Position numbers and translations under genes: made by a program. A stretch of 64,000 nucleotides of DNA from a bacterium. GTDB taxonomy: Bacteria > UBA8248. The number at the start of each line of letters is the position of its first letter. The stretch's first letter is position 1. Below, piece after piece: positions 19,394 to 28,699 of this stretch. The stretch covers positions 3,328,001 to 3,392,000 of the forward strand of contig OZ253442.1 in NCBI GenBank assembly GCA_965261085.1, read 5' to 3'. Below the pieces are notes generated by a model that was not told the origin of the DNA, did no database searches, and saw only the letters and a list, made by a program, of their open reading frames with translations.

Positions 19394-21166
19394 ATGAAGT
19401 CCACTTCTTTGTCGCATCCGGTAATATGGGACCGAACTCTCCTGCTGTGGGTCTGGCTCAGGAACAATGCGATGATGCTCGTCATCACGGCGATTGTTTT
19501 GTTCCTCGTACTGGTTCCCGTCACCCGCTTGATTATCACCAGCCTGCAGATTGGCCATCCCGCATTCCCCGAAGGGTGGTCGACGGACAACTATGTCTCG
19601 GCCTTCACCACGCCCAATTTCTATGAAACCCTGGGGAGGACGTTTTGGATCGCTGGACTGGGGACCTTCATTTCCCTGACGTTCGCCGTTCTCCTGGCCT
19701 GGCTGGTCGAGCGGACCGATATGCCGCTTCGCAATCTCGCGTGGGCGATGATCCTGATCCCGATGGCCGTCCCCAACATTCTGTTTGCAATGGGGTGGAC
19801 GTTGCTTCTTTCCCCCAATGCCGGAGCCATGAACGTTTTCTTGCGAAGCGGGCTGGATTTGGCCGGCATCCACCTGACGAAGGGGCCGATCAACATCTAC
19901 TCCGTGGGTGGTCTCATTTTCCTCGACGGCATCCGGGGGGTGACGACGATCTTCCTGATGGTGGTGGGCTGCTTCCGAATGATGGACCCCGCTCTCGAGG
20001 AGGCCGCCAGGGTCTCGAAGGCGAGCGGGGTGGGGACATTCTTCAAGGTGACCCTGCCGGCGCTTTCCCCGGCCATTCTCGCGGCCGGCATGTATTCCTT
20101 CATTTTGAGCATGGAATCCTTCGAGGCCGCCTTGGCGGTGGGACTCCCGGGGGGCGTATTCGTGCTCAGCACGTTGATTTACTTTACGACCCGCGTGCAG
20201 GCTCCGCTGGACTACGGGCTGGGCGCCGTTTTCGGCGTGATTTTCATGTGCATCATGATGCTTCTGCTGATCGCCTACCGCCGCGCCGTGCGGCACGCGG
20301 ACCGGTTCTCGACGATCACGGGAAAGGGCTTCCGGCCCCGCATCATCTCCATCGGCAAATGGCGCTATCCGGCGCTTGGTCTTTTTATCCTTTTTTTCCT
20401 GGTGGCAATCGCCTTGCCCTTCGCCATCCTTCTCTGGACCAGCTTGATGCCGAGCTACCGCGTTCCATCCTTGGATGTTCTGCATCTTCTCACCCTGCGA
20501 AATTTTATCGAGGTTTTGCAGGACGAGCGCGTCTACAAAGTTCTGTGGAACACCTTCTTGCTCATGGTCGTTACGGCCACGGCCACCATGGTGTTCGCCC
20601 TTTTCGTCTCGTGGGTCATCGTCCGGGCCAAAGGGAAGGGAAAGGGACGGGGGGTGCTGGACGCTCTCGTGTTCATACCTCTCGCCATTCCGGGCATCGT
20701 CATCGCGATGGCTCTGTTGATGGCCTATCTGGTCCCCCCCTTCAACTACCTCGGCTTGTACGGGACCATTTGGATCCTGGTGCTGGGGTTGTCCGTGGCC
20801 TACCTTCCTTTCTCCACCCGCCTCATGAACGGCGCCATCGTTCAGATACATAAGGAACTCGAGGAAGCCGCTTACGTGAGCGGTGCGACGACGTTCCGCA
20901 CATTGGTTTACATCACTTTCCCCCTTCTTTTTCCCGCTTTCGCCGCTGGCTGGATATGGGTGGCCGTGCATGCTCTCCGGTCTTTTTCCATTCCTCTCAT
21001 GCTGGCGGGAAGGAATAACCAGGTTTTTGCCGTTCTGTTATGGGAGTATTGGGAGGATACGACTTCCCTGGCGGCGGCGATGGGGGTTCTGCTGATTTTC
21101 GGCTTGATTCCGCTGACTCTTCTCTTGCGGCGTTTCGTTACGCAATTGAGCGGCCAGCAGGGCTAG
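19394..21166 (+). CDS. ABC permease with two BPD domains (FbpB-like)
   Basis: ERTD.P and two LEEAA..SGA motifs. Confidence 0.9.
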   Translation: MKSTSLSHPVIWDRTLLLWVWLRNNAMMLVITAIVLFLVLVPVTRLIITSLQIGHPAFPEGWSTDNYVSAFTTPNFYETLGRTFWIAGLGTFISLTFAVLLAWLVERTDMPLRNLAWAMILIPMAVPNILFAMGWTLLLSPNAGAMNVFLRSGLDLAGIHLTKGPINIYSVGGLIFLDGIRGVTTIFLMVVGCFRMMDPALEEAARVSKASGVGTFFKVTLPALSPAILAAGMYSFILSMESFEAALAVGLPGGVFVLSTLIYFTTRVQAPLDYGLGAVFGVIFMCIMMLLLIAYRRAVRHADRFSTITGKGFRPRIISIGKWRYPALGLFILFFLVAIALPFAILLWTSLMPSYRVPSLDVLHLLTLRNFIEVLQDERVYKVLWNTFLLMVVTATATMVFALFVSWVIVRAKGKGKGRGVLDALVFIPLAIPGIVIAMALLMAYLVPPFNYLGLYGTIWILVLGLSVAYLPFSTRLMNGAIVQIHKELEEAAYVSGATTFRTLVYITFPLLFPAFAAGWIWVAVHALRSFSIPLMLAGRNNQVFAVLLWEYWEDTTSLAAAMGVLLIFGLIPLTLLLRRFVTQLSGQQG

Positions 21167-21178
21167 GGTGGAGGCGCG

Positions 21179-22279
21179 ATGCGGATTACCGTCACCAATT
21201 TAAATAAGACGTTCAAAACGATAGATGGAGAAGTCGCCGCTCTTCAGGATGTGAGTTTCGAGGTCGACACGGGTGAATTTTATACGCTTTTGGGGCCGAG
21301 CGGCTGCGGAAAGAGTACGACGCTCCGGTGCATCGCGGGGCTCGAGAATCCGGACGGCGGTGAAATCCGACTCGGGGATCAAGTTGTCGCAGCTCCCGGA
21401 ATTTCCATCCCCGTGAACGAACGTCCCATCGGGATGGTGTTCCAGTCGTACGCGATCTGGCCCCATATGACCGTCTTCAACAACGTCGCCTTTCCCCTGA
21501 AACAGGGCAAGGCGCGCGTGTCTCGGGCCGAGAGAAACAAGCGCGTCATGGATATTCTCTCATTGATGCAGATGGAGGACCTGGCCCATCGGCCCGCCCC
21601 CTATCTGAGCGGCGGGCAGCAGCAGCGAGTAGCGCTGGCGCGCGCGCTCGTGTCCGGTTCCGAAATTCTTCTACTCGATGAACCCTTGAGCAATCTCGAC
21701 GCCAAGCTCCGGGAAGATTTGAGGCTGGAAATCAAGGATTTGACCCGGAGACTGGGAATTACCGCGATTTATGTGACCCACGATCAACTCGAAGCGCTCG
21801 CCATGTCCGATCGAATTGCGGTGATGCTGAACAGCCGGATCGTTCAAGAGGGCAGTCCCAAGGATCTTTATTTGAGGCCCAAGACCAGTTTTGTGGCCCA
21901 GTTTGTCGGACAGGTGAATTTCTTCGATGGAGTTGTCCAGGAGGAATCCGCTCATGGGCTCGGACTCGTAGAGACTGCCCAAGGGATTTGGCGTTGCTCC
22001 ATACCGGATGGAATGGCCAAGGGAGCGAAGGCCACGCTGGCGGTCAGACCCGAGGGCATGTCGCTTGCCGCTTCCGGGGAGGAGAAGGAAGCGAACATTC
22101 TGGGAGGAAGGGTGGAGAAAATGGTTTTTCTGGGCGAAACGATTGAATGCCAGGTTTTGGCCGGTTCCCGGATCGTGACGATGAAGGTTCCCATCACGGA
22201 GGAAATCACGGAGGGCGAGGAAATCTTTTTGCGGTTTGCCCCCGAGGCGTGCCTGGTTCTGCCGGAAGAATCGCTTTAG
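21179..22279 (+). CDS. ABC ATPase (FbpC/PotA-like, TOBE domain)
   Basis: GPSGCGKST, LSGGQQQR, LLDEPLSNLDAKLR. Confidence 0.93.
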   Translation: MRITVTNLNKTFKTIDGEVAALQDVSFEVDTGEFYTLLGPSGCGKSTTLRCIAGLENPDGGEIRLGDQVVAAPGISIPVNERPIGMVFQSYAIWPHMTVFNNVAFPLKQGKARVSRAERNKRVMDILSLMQMEDLAHRPAPYLSGGQQQRVALARALVSGSEILLLDEPLSNLDAKLREDLRLEIKDLTRRLGITAIYVTHDQLEALAMSDRIAVMLNSRIVQEGSPKDLYLRPKTSFVAQFVGQVNFFDGVVQEESAHGLGLVETAQGIWRCSIPDGMAKGAKATLAVRPEGMSLAASGEEKEANILGGRVEKMVFLGETIECQVLAGSRIVTMKVPITEEITEGEEIFLRFAPEACLVLPEESL

Positions 22280-22352
22280 CGTCTTTTTTTCATTTCCGGG
22301 TAATTTTTGAATCTGCGATTTATGGTGCTCCTTATCATTTGAGAGGTAAAAG

Positions 22353-23606
22353 ATGACCAAGCCCTATTTCGATGAAAACAAGCCCGAAAACGAATACCCC
22401 AGTATCCTCACGGGGCCGCGCCCCGAGGAAGCGAAAAATGTTCGTTTGGTGGCCCATTCCGATCTGAACGGTTGGGGTGATGCGTTCCAGGTACGGGTGC
22501 GGGACGGCCTTTGCTACGTCATGGGCTCGGGCCTATACGGGTCGAACGGGCTCATGGTCCTGGATGTTTCCGATCCTTCCCATCCGAAAGTCATACAACA
22601 AATGGAAGATAATCCCGCTGGAAGAACCCATAAGGTTCTTCTTGTCGACGACGTGCTGATCACAAATGTCGAAAAGCGCGTGGGAATGGAGGACCCCGAG
22701 GTGATAGGTGGGCTTCGGGTTTTCGACAACTCCGATCCCCGTAATCCCAAATTCGTAAAAAACGTCGAGGCGGATGGACGGGGCATTCACCGGCCGGTCT
22801 ATGACTTTGACCGCAAGCTGATGTATAGCGGCGGCTATAAGGACGGATGCAACGGGCGGGCCCTTCTGATCCACGACATGCAGGATCCGCTGAATCCGAC
22901 TCTCATCGGCGAAGGATGGGTGCCGGGCCAGAACGAAGCGGCGGGCGAGGAGCCTACGTGGGATCTGGAATTGGTGCCGAAGGGCGGGGTCGATCTGCAC
23001 GAAGCGATACCGTATGGGAATTACGTTACCTGCGCCTGGCGGCGGGGGGGATTCGGCATGATGGATCTGACGGATCCCGCGAAGCCGGAGTTCATGTGGC
23101 GGCAAAACCCGTATGAAACCCATAACTGGTCGCCCGCGTCCCACACTTTCATGGTCCCGAAGGGGTCGGATTTTGGATTTCTTCTGACGGAGACCCATAC
23201 GACCAATTGCGCCCATCCGCCCGCATTCGCCACGTTTTTCGACATGCGGAACCACCTGCACCCGATCTCGATCAGCACTTTCAATCCCTATCCGATGGAT
23301 CCCGTCACGATGCGGCCGGTGGATTCTTCCTGGTGCCAACAGGGCGCCCGCTACGGAGCGCATAACACCTGGCAATGGATGGAGGCCGACGATTTGCTCC
23401 ACCTTACATGGTTTAATGCGGGCCTTCGGATTGTGGACTGGTCGAATCCCTTCGAGCCGAAGGAGGTGGGCTACTACATTCCGGCCGGGAACAATGAGCG
23501 CTTCTGTCCCCAGACGAACGAAGTCTTCGTGGATCGGGCAACCGGCCTCATCTACATCAGCGACCGGTGGGGGCTGGGTCTTCATATTCTGGAGTTCACC
23601 GGCTGA
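22353..23606 (+). CDS. LVIVD-repeat beta-propeller protein
   Basis: Repeated LMVLDVSDP.HP, LRVFDNSDP.NP, GLRIVD.SNP..PKEVGYY; GAH motif. Confidence 0.8.
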   Translation: MTKPYFDENKPENEYPSILTGPRPEEAKNVRLVAHSDLNGWGDAFQVRVRDGLCYVMGSGLYGSNGLMVLDVSDPSHPKVIQQMEDNPAGRTHKVLLVDDVLITNVEKRVGMEDPEVIGGLRVFDNSDPRNPKFVKNVEADGRGIHRPVYDFDRKLMYSGGYKDGCNGRALLIHDMQDPLNPTLIGEGWVPGQNEAAGEEPTWDLELVPKGGVDLHEAIPYGNYVTCAWRRGGFGMMDLTDPAKPEFMWRQNPYETHNWSPASHTFMVPKGSDFGFLLTETHTTNCAHPPAFATFFDMRNHLHPISISTFNPYPMDPVTMRPVDSSWCQQGARYGAHNTWQWMEADDLLHLTWFNAGLRIVDWSNPFEPKEVGYYIPAGNNERFCPQTNEVFVDRATGLIYISDRWGLGLHILEFTG

Positions 23607-23643
23607 TCAGCGGGCTGAAACGCGCGGCTTTTGAGGAGCGAAC

Positions 23644-24513
23644 ATGCAGCGTGTGGGCAAGCATCTATACGTCGAGACGGGCTACGACTGGGCCAACGTG
23701 AGCGCCGCCGTTACGGACGCCGGTGTGGTGCTCGTGGACAGCCCCGTTCGCCCGTCCGATTCCCAAAAATGGCAGGAGGTTGTCCGCGGGCTGCACCCCA
23801 AGGGCGCGCGATACCTCATCACGACCGACTATCACGGCGACCATACCACCGGAGCATCCTTCATCAAGGGAATCGGCGAGACCGTCTTGTTTCTCGCCCC
23901 CCAGGTCGCCTACGAGGAGATTTCCAAGGGCGATAACGCCTTCTCCAAAGAGATTTTCGTGAACACCCTCCGGGATCTGGGCCACGCGGACGAGGCGGAC
24001 GCCATCGACAACGCCCCGGTTCCTCTGCCCGCTTTCTGCTGGGAGGAAACCATGGTTCTCCACCTTCCGCCTCTCACCTTCCACGTCAAGCGTATGGGAG
24101 GGCACTCCCCCGCTACATCGGCAATCTACGTTCCCGAGGAAGGGGTGCTCTTCTCCAGCGACGTGGTGAGCCACACCGGCGGCGGCATGAGGGACGCCAA
24201 CCTGGGGGAATGGATCCGCGCTCTGGAATGGATCGAGAGCCTGCCGATCGAAACAATCATCCCCGGTCATGGTGAAACTTGCGGGATGGACGTCGTTCGC
24301 CGCCAGAGAGAGCGCATGGTCACGATCCGCGAGGCGGTGTCCGAACTCGTGAAGAAAGGACTCACCAAGGCCGAGGTCGTGGCGGACGAATCCCTCGGCC
24401 GGCGTTTTTTCACAGCCGATGCCTCTCGAGGGGAATACTGGCTCCAGCAGCGCCGGGAGACGTTTCGCGACGGCATTTCACGTGTTTACGATGAAGTTGA
24501 GGAGGAGGTATAA
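23644..24513 (+). CDS. MBL-fold metallo-hydrolase (cyclase-like)
   Basis: TDYHGDH, GGHS, SSD, IIPGHG. Confidence 0.85.
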   Translation: MQRVGKHLYVETGYDWANVSAAVTDAGVVLVDSPVRPSDSQKWQEVVRGLHPKGARYLITTDYHGDHTTGASFIKGIGETVLFLAPQVAYEEISKGDNAFSKEIFVNTLRDLGHADEADAIDNAPVPLPAFCWEETMVLHLPPLTFHVKRMGGHSPATSAIYVPEEGVLFSSDVVSHTGGGMRDANLGEWIRALEWIESLPIETIIPGHGETCGMDVVRRQRERMVTIREAVSELVKKGLTKAEVVADESLGRRFFTADASRGEYWLQQRRETFRDGISRVYDEVEEEV

Positions 24514-24514
24514 G

Positions 24515-24943
24515 ATGTACAGGGCAAGGGAGTTGAAGCTGGGGCGCATCTTCGAAGTCAATTTCGACCCGGGTGATGATTACTTCGAGGAGCTCAACAA
24601 GTTCGTCAAGAAAGAAAACATCCGGGCGGGTTCGGTTTTCCTCCTCGGCGCGCTCTCGGAGACCGAGATGATCTCCGGCTTCCGGAGCATGGAGGGCTAT
24701 GACGTCGCCCGCCACCACTTCGGCGACTGGCGCGAACTCGTTGCCTACGGAAATATTTCCTGGCCCGACAAACCCCCCGCGGCGCTCGGCGAGGGAGTCG
24801 TCTGGGACGAGCCTCAGCCCTACGTTCACATCCACATGGCCCTGAGCGGCGGTCCCGGCAAGAACGAAGACGTTCTCGTGGGGCACCTCAGCAACGGAAT
24901 ACTAAAGGGCGGCATGGCCACCCAAATCTACGAGTTGCTCTAA
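24515..24943 (+). CDS. PPC/DUF296 domain protein
   Basis: LGAL, EL...GN, VHIH...GHL motifs. Confidence 0.8.
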   Translation: MYRARELKLGRIFEVNFDPGDDYFEELNKFVKKENIRAGSVFLLGALSETEMISGFRSMEGYDVARHHFGDWRELVAYGNISWPDKPPAALGEGVVWDEPQPYVHIHMALSGGPGKNEDVLVGHLSNGILKGGMATQIYELL

Positions 24944-25103
24944 CCCGTGGGGGCGGCGCATTGCTTCTCGAACTTCAAGAAGAGATCGAGGAGCTTCGAG
25001 AGCGATACGGCGGGAGAGAGGCCGTCCTCAGTGGAGGCGGCTACTTCGGCTCTCCCACCCCGACCGATTGATGGGTGAACAACCACCCGAAAGAAGGAAA
25101 GAC

Positions 25104-25475
25104 ATGAGAAAGAAACTTCGCATCTACGGCATCGCAATCCTGGCCGCGGTGTGCGTCTCGGGCTCTTCTCTCGCAGAGGCGGCCATGATCACCGCGCAGG
25201 AGAAAAAGCTCATCCGGGCGGCGAAAAAAGAAGGCGTCGTCGTCATTATCAACCCCCTGTTCAGCGACCGGACTTCCAAGGTGATGGCCCCGGCCTTCAT
25301 CAAGCGCTACGGCCTGGGAAGCGGCTTCAAGTTCCGCAACTTGCGCAAAGGAACCGGCTCGACCGTCGCGCAGGTGCGCCAGGAGATCAAGGCGGGGAAA
25401 TTCAAACTCCCTCGTATACCGAAGGAGCCCTGCCGGGCTATTATACGGCTATCCCAAAGAATCTCCCGGATTTAA
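25104..25475 (+). pseudogene. truncated ABC substrate-binding protein
   Basis: Signal peptide and LI.AAKKEG..F..RY..E.KAG N-terminus; similarity ends at ~25405 after about 100 aa. Confidence 0.7.
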
Positions 25476-25634
25476 CCTTCCCGAAAACCGATCAGGGAAT
25501 TATCTGGGAAACGGGTTCGCAATCTGCGCCTTTATTTCTTCTTCATTATGAATTCGCCTTGCACGAAATGGAAACCCGGTGCGGTTTATCTGTGGTTCCG
25601 CTCCTGATGTTTCTACTCGGAACGAACGGGGTTT

Positions 25635-27029
25635 TCACAGGATAGGCCACTTCCCCGGCACTTTTACGCCGCTCCTCTCGAGGATTCCCACCGCACATTC
25701 CTGGCACCTTTCCAGGATCTCCTCCTCATCCACCGTCTTCACCTGGCGATCTTCCATGATGATTTTCCCGTCGATAAACACCGTCTCCACCGAATCGCCC
25801 GAAGCGGAATACACGAGGTTTTGCACTTCACTATAGAGCGGATACCACTCAGGCCGCTTCATGGTGATGATAATCAAATCCGCCTTTTTATCGATCTCGA
25901 GCGAACCTATTTCATGGTCCATTCCAATGGCGCGAGCCCCGTTAATTGTAGCCATTTCAATGGCTGTCTCCGCAGAACCGGCATCGGGGTCGTAGCGATA
26001 ATCCTTCGGGAGGACACCGGCCAGGTACATGACACGAATCATGTCGGCATAATTCGAGCAATCCGAAGCGTCGCTTCCGATTCCGACAATGACCCCTTTG
26101 GCCACCATCTCCGGAAATCTTCCGAATGCCGCGTTGCCGTAGGAAATCTTCAGGGCCGTCGAGGGACAGTGAATCACCCGCGCTTCTTTTTCGACCAGCA
26201 TATCGATTTCTCGCTCGTTCACATGAATCATGTGAACGAGAACCGTATTCGGCCCGAGCACGTCCAAATGATACAAATGCTCGACGGGACGGTGACCGCT
26301 GCGCATGCGCGTAGCTGTCACTTCCTCGAACATGGCCGCAAGGTGTAGGTTCAGGGTGGTCCCGTAATCGTCAGCCATCTTTTTCGAATCGATATAAAGC
26401 TTGTCTGAACAGCGGCCGAGCCCGACGACGTCCACACACGCCTTGATCAACCCACCGTTGTAGCCATCCTTATACTTTTCCAGGAAGGCGAGATTTTCCT
26501 TCAGGCAGGTGTCGGTATCTTCCAAAAGCATGCTGTGCCCCAGAAACTCCTGGTCGAAGGACCGCCTGCCCATCAGGCCGCGCATACCGATGCGCGAGAT
26601 TCCCTCGATTACCGCCGCCGGGTTGTAAGAGCCCGCCTCCAGAAAGGTGGTGGTGCCCGCCTTGAGGGTTTCCAGGAGAATCGTCAGCCCGCCGTAGATC
26701 TCATCCTCGGGGGTGAGGACCGTGGCGATATATCTGTGCACGTAGTCGGACCACGGCAAGCCTCCCAGATTTTCCGGAGCCCGCCCCCGGTGCATGGTGT
26801 GGTAAAAATGCATGTGGGAATTCACGAAACCGGGCATGATGAGCTTCCCCTTTGCGTCAATCACGCGCCCAGCGGTGAATTCCTGGTTCAACTCCTCCGC
26901 CTTTCCGACTGCGGCGATTCGGTCTCCTCGAATGGCTACGGCGCCGTCGCGAATAATGCGGCGCTCTTCGTCCACTGTGATGACGGTTCCCCCGCTTATC
27001 AGATAATCGGCTTCCTGAGGCATTTTCAT
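25635..27029 (-). CDS. metal-dependent amidohydrolase (MTA/SAH deaminase, AtzA-like)
   Basis: PGFVNSHMH, GTTT, HCP, GSD, ATINGA, GSLE..KKAD. Confidence 0.88.
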   Translation of the reverse strand: MKMPQEADYLISGGTVITVDEERRIIRDGAVAIRGDRIAAVGKAEELNQEFTAGRVIDAKGKLIMPGFVNSHMHFYHTMHRGRAPENLGGLPWSDYVHRYIATVLTPEDEIYGGLTILLETLKAGTTTFLEAGSYNPAAVIEGISRIGMRGLMGRRSFDQEFLGHSMLLEDTDTCLKENLAFLEKYKDGYNGGLIKACVDVVGLGRCSDKLYIDSKKMADDYGTTLNLHLAAMFEEVTATRMRSGHRPVEHLYHLDVLGPNTVLVHMIHVNEREIDMLVEKEARVIHCPSTALKISYGNAAFGRFPEMVAKGVIVGIGSDASDCSNYADMIRVMYLAGVLPKDYRYDPDAGSAETAIEMATINGARAIGMDHEIGSLEIDKKADLIIITMKRPEWYPLYSEVQNLVYSASGDSVETVFIDGKIIMEDRQVKTVDEEEILERCQECAVGILERSGVKVPGKWPIL

Positions 27030-27285
27030 TTCCTCCCGAAAAAATCAAGTCTCTATCGGCTGGGTTCGATGTGTGGACAAACTATAATTCAATATGTTCG
27101 GAGTGTCATTGAAGCCTGATCCCCGACGAGGAAAAGATGCGACATTCACAATGACGCAGCGGCGATGGAAATTTCACCCCTCCTTCTCTATCCCATCAAA
27201 TGGCAATCCGCCCTGGAATTCGGTTATGGTGGACTCCGGAAGGGTCGGACCTGCGCCGAATTGTTGACGATCAAGGAGAGAAGAC

Positions 27286-28620
27286 ATGGTAGATAGCTAT
27301 TGGCGGAGATGCGCCCAATCGAGCCGGCAATTTGAAAGAGCACAGAAGTTTCTGGCCGGCGGCGTCTCCCACGAAAGCCGATATGTTTCGCCGTTTCCCA
27401 TCTATGCAAATTGGGCGAATGGTTCTCGCAAACGAGATATCGACGGAAACGAATACATCGACTATTCGATGGGGAGCGCCTCCTTACTCCTGGGTCACAG
27501 TCACCCCAGTGTGGTGGAGGCGCTCAAGGAGCAGGTGACGAAAGGGACCTTTTACGCAAACTGTCACCCTCTGGAGATCGAATGGGCGGCGCGGGTGCAA
27601 GACCTCGTTCCGTCGGCCGAGCGCGTTCGATTCGTCGCCTCCGGGACCGAGGCCACAATGCTCGCGATTCGTCTCGCACGGGCTTATACGGGAAAATCAA
27701 AAATTATCCGCTTCGAGGGTCACTATCATGGTTGGCACGATTACGCGGCTCTCGGCGTCAAGCCGCCATTTCATGAACTTCAATCGGCGGGAGTACTCAA
27801 AACAAGTGCGGAAGAAACTCTTGTCTGCCCAGCGGACATCGCACAAGTCGAGGAGACATTCCACAAAGAAGAGGACATAGCCGCTATCATCTGTGAGGTC
27901 TCCGGCGCCTCCTGGGGCACGGTTCCACTGCCCGAAGGCTTTCTCCCGGGCATTCGGGCGCTGGCCAAAAAGCACAAAGTGGTACTCATCTTCGATGAGA
28001 TCATTACCGGCTTCCGCTGGAACCCCGGAGGGGTGCAGGCCATGACGGGCGTGATTCCGGATCTCACCACCTTGGCCAAAATTCTCACGGGCGGGCTTCC
28101 CGGCGGCGCCGTTGCGGGATGTGAAAGAGTCATGCGCCTTCTCGATCCCCAAGAGCAAGTCGGCGGCTTCTCTCCAGCGGTTTTTCATCGAGGCACCTTC
28201 AACGGCAATCCACTCGCCGCCGCTGCCGGAGTGGCCGCCCTGGACGAAGTTCGCACCGGAAAACCCCAACGCGCCGCCGATTCCATCGCTGCAAAACTAC
28301 GGGACGGATTTCAGAAAATTCTCAAAAAACACGAAGTGGCGGGGGCCGTTTATGGAGAATCGTCCACCTTCCACATATTCTTCGGAAAGGGCGTGCGCGG
28401 CTCCGTCGAAGGCCTGACGCCTGCCGACTTGAAGGGAATGTCCAAGGAAAAAGTGGGAGCCCTACAAAGCGGCCTCCGCACTCGTGGAGTTGACCTCATG
28501 TCCTATACGGGGGGCGTCACCTCCTGCGCGCACACGGATGAAGACGTGGCCCTCACCCTGGTTGCCTTTGAGGACACCATTCGGGATTTGGCGGAAGATG
28601 GAATTTTAGACCTTCTGTGA
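27286..28620 (+). CDS. class III PLP aminotransferase (GSA aminomutase-like)
   Basis: SGTEA, GHYHG, FDEIITGFR, DLTTLAK, GTFNGN. Confidence 0.9.
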   Translation: MVDSYWRRCAQSSRQFERAQKFLAGGVSHESRYVSPFPIYANWANGSRKRDIDGNEYIDYSMGSASLLLGHSHPSVVEALKEQVTKGTFYANCHPLEIEWAARVQDLVPSAERVRFVASGTEATMLAIRLARAYTGKSKIIRFEGHYHGWHDYAALGVKPPFHELQSAGVLKTSAEETLVCPADIAQVEETFHKEEDIAAIICEVSGASWGTVPLPEGFLPGIRALAKKHKVVLIFDEIITGFRWNPGGVQAMTGVIPDLTTLAKILTGGLPGGAVAGCERVMRLLDPQEQVGGFSPAVFHRGTFNGNPLAAAAGVAALDEVRTGKPQRAADSIAAKLRDGFQKILKKHEVAGAVYGESSTFHIFFGKGVRGSVEGLTPADLKGMSKEKVGALQSGLRTRGVDLMSYTGGVTSCAHTDEDVALTLVAFEDTIRDLAEDGILDLL

Positions 28621-28699
28621 GCAGGCGCATCGCTATGCGCCGAAAGGGGTGCTTCCCGTTTGGGGAAATCGCGATGATGAGATATTTGGATCTCCCCGC

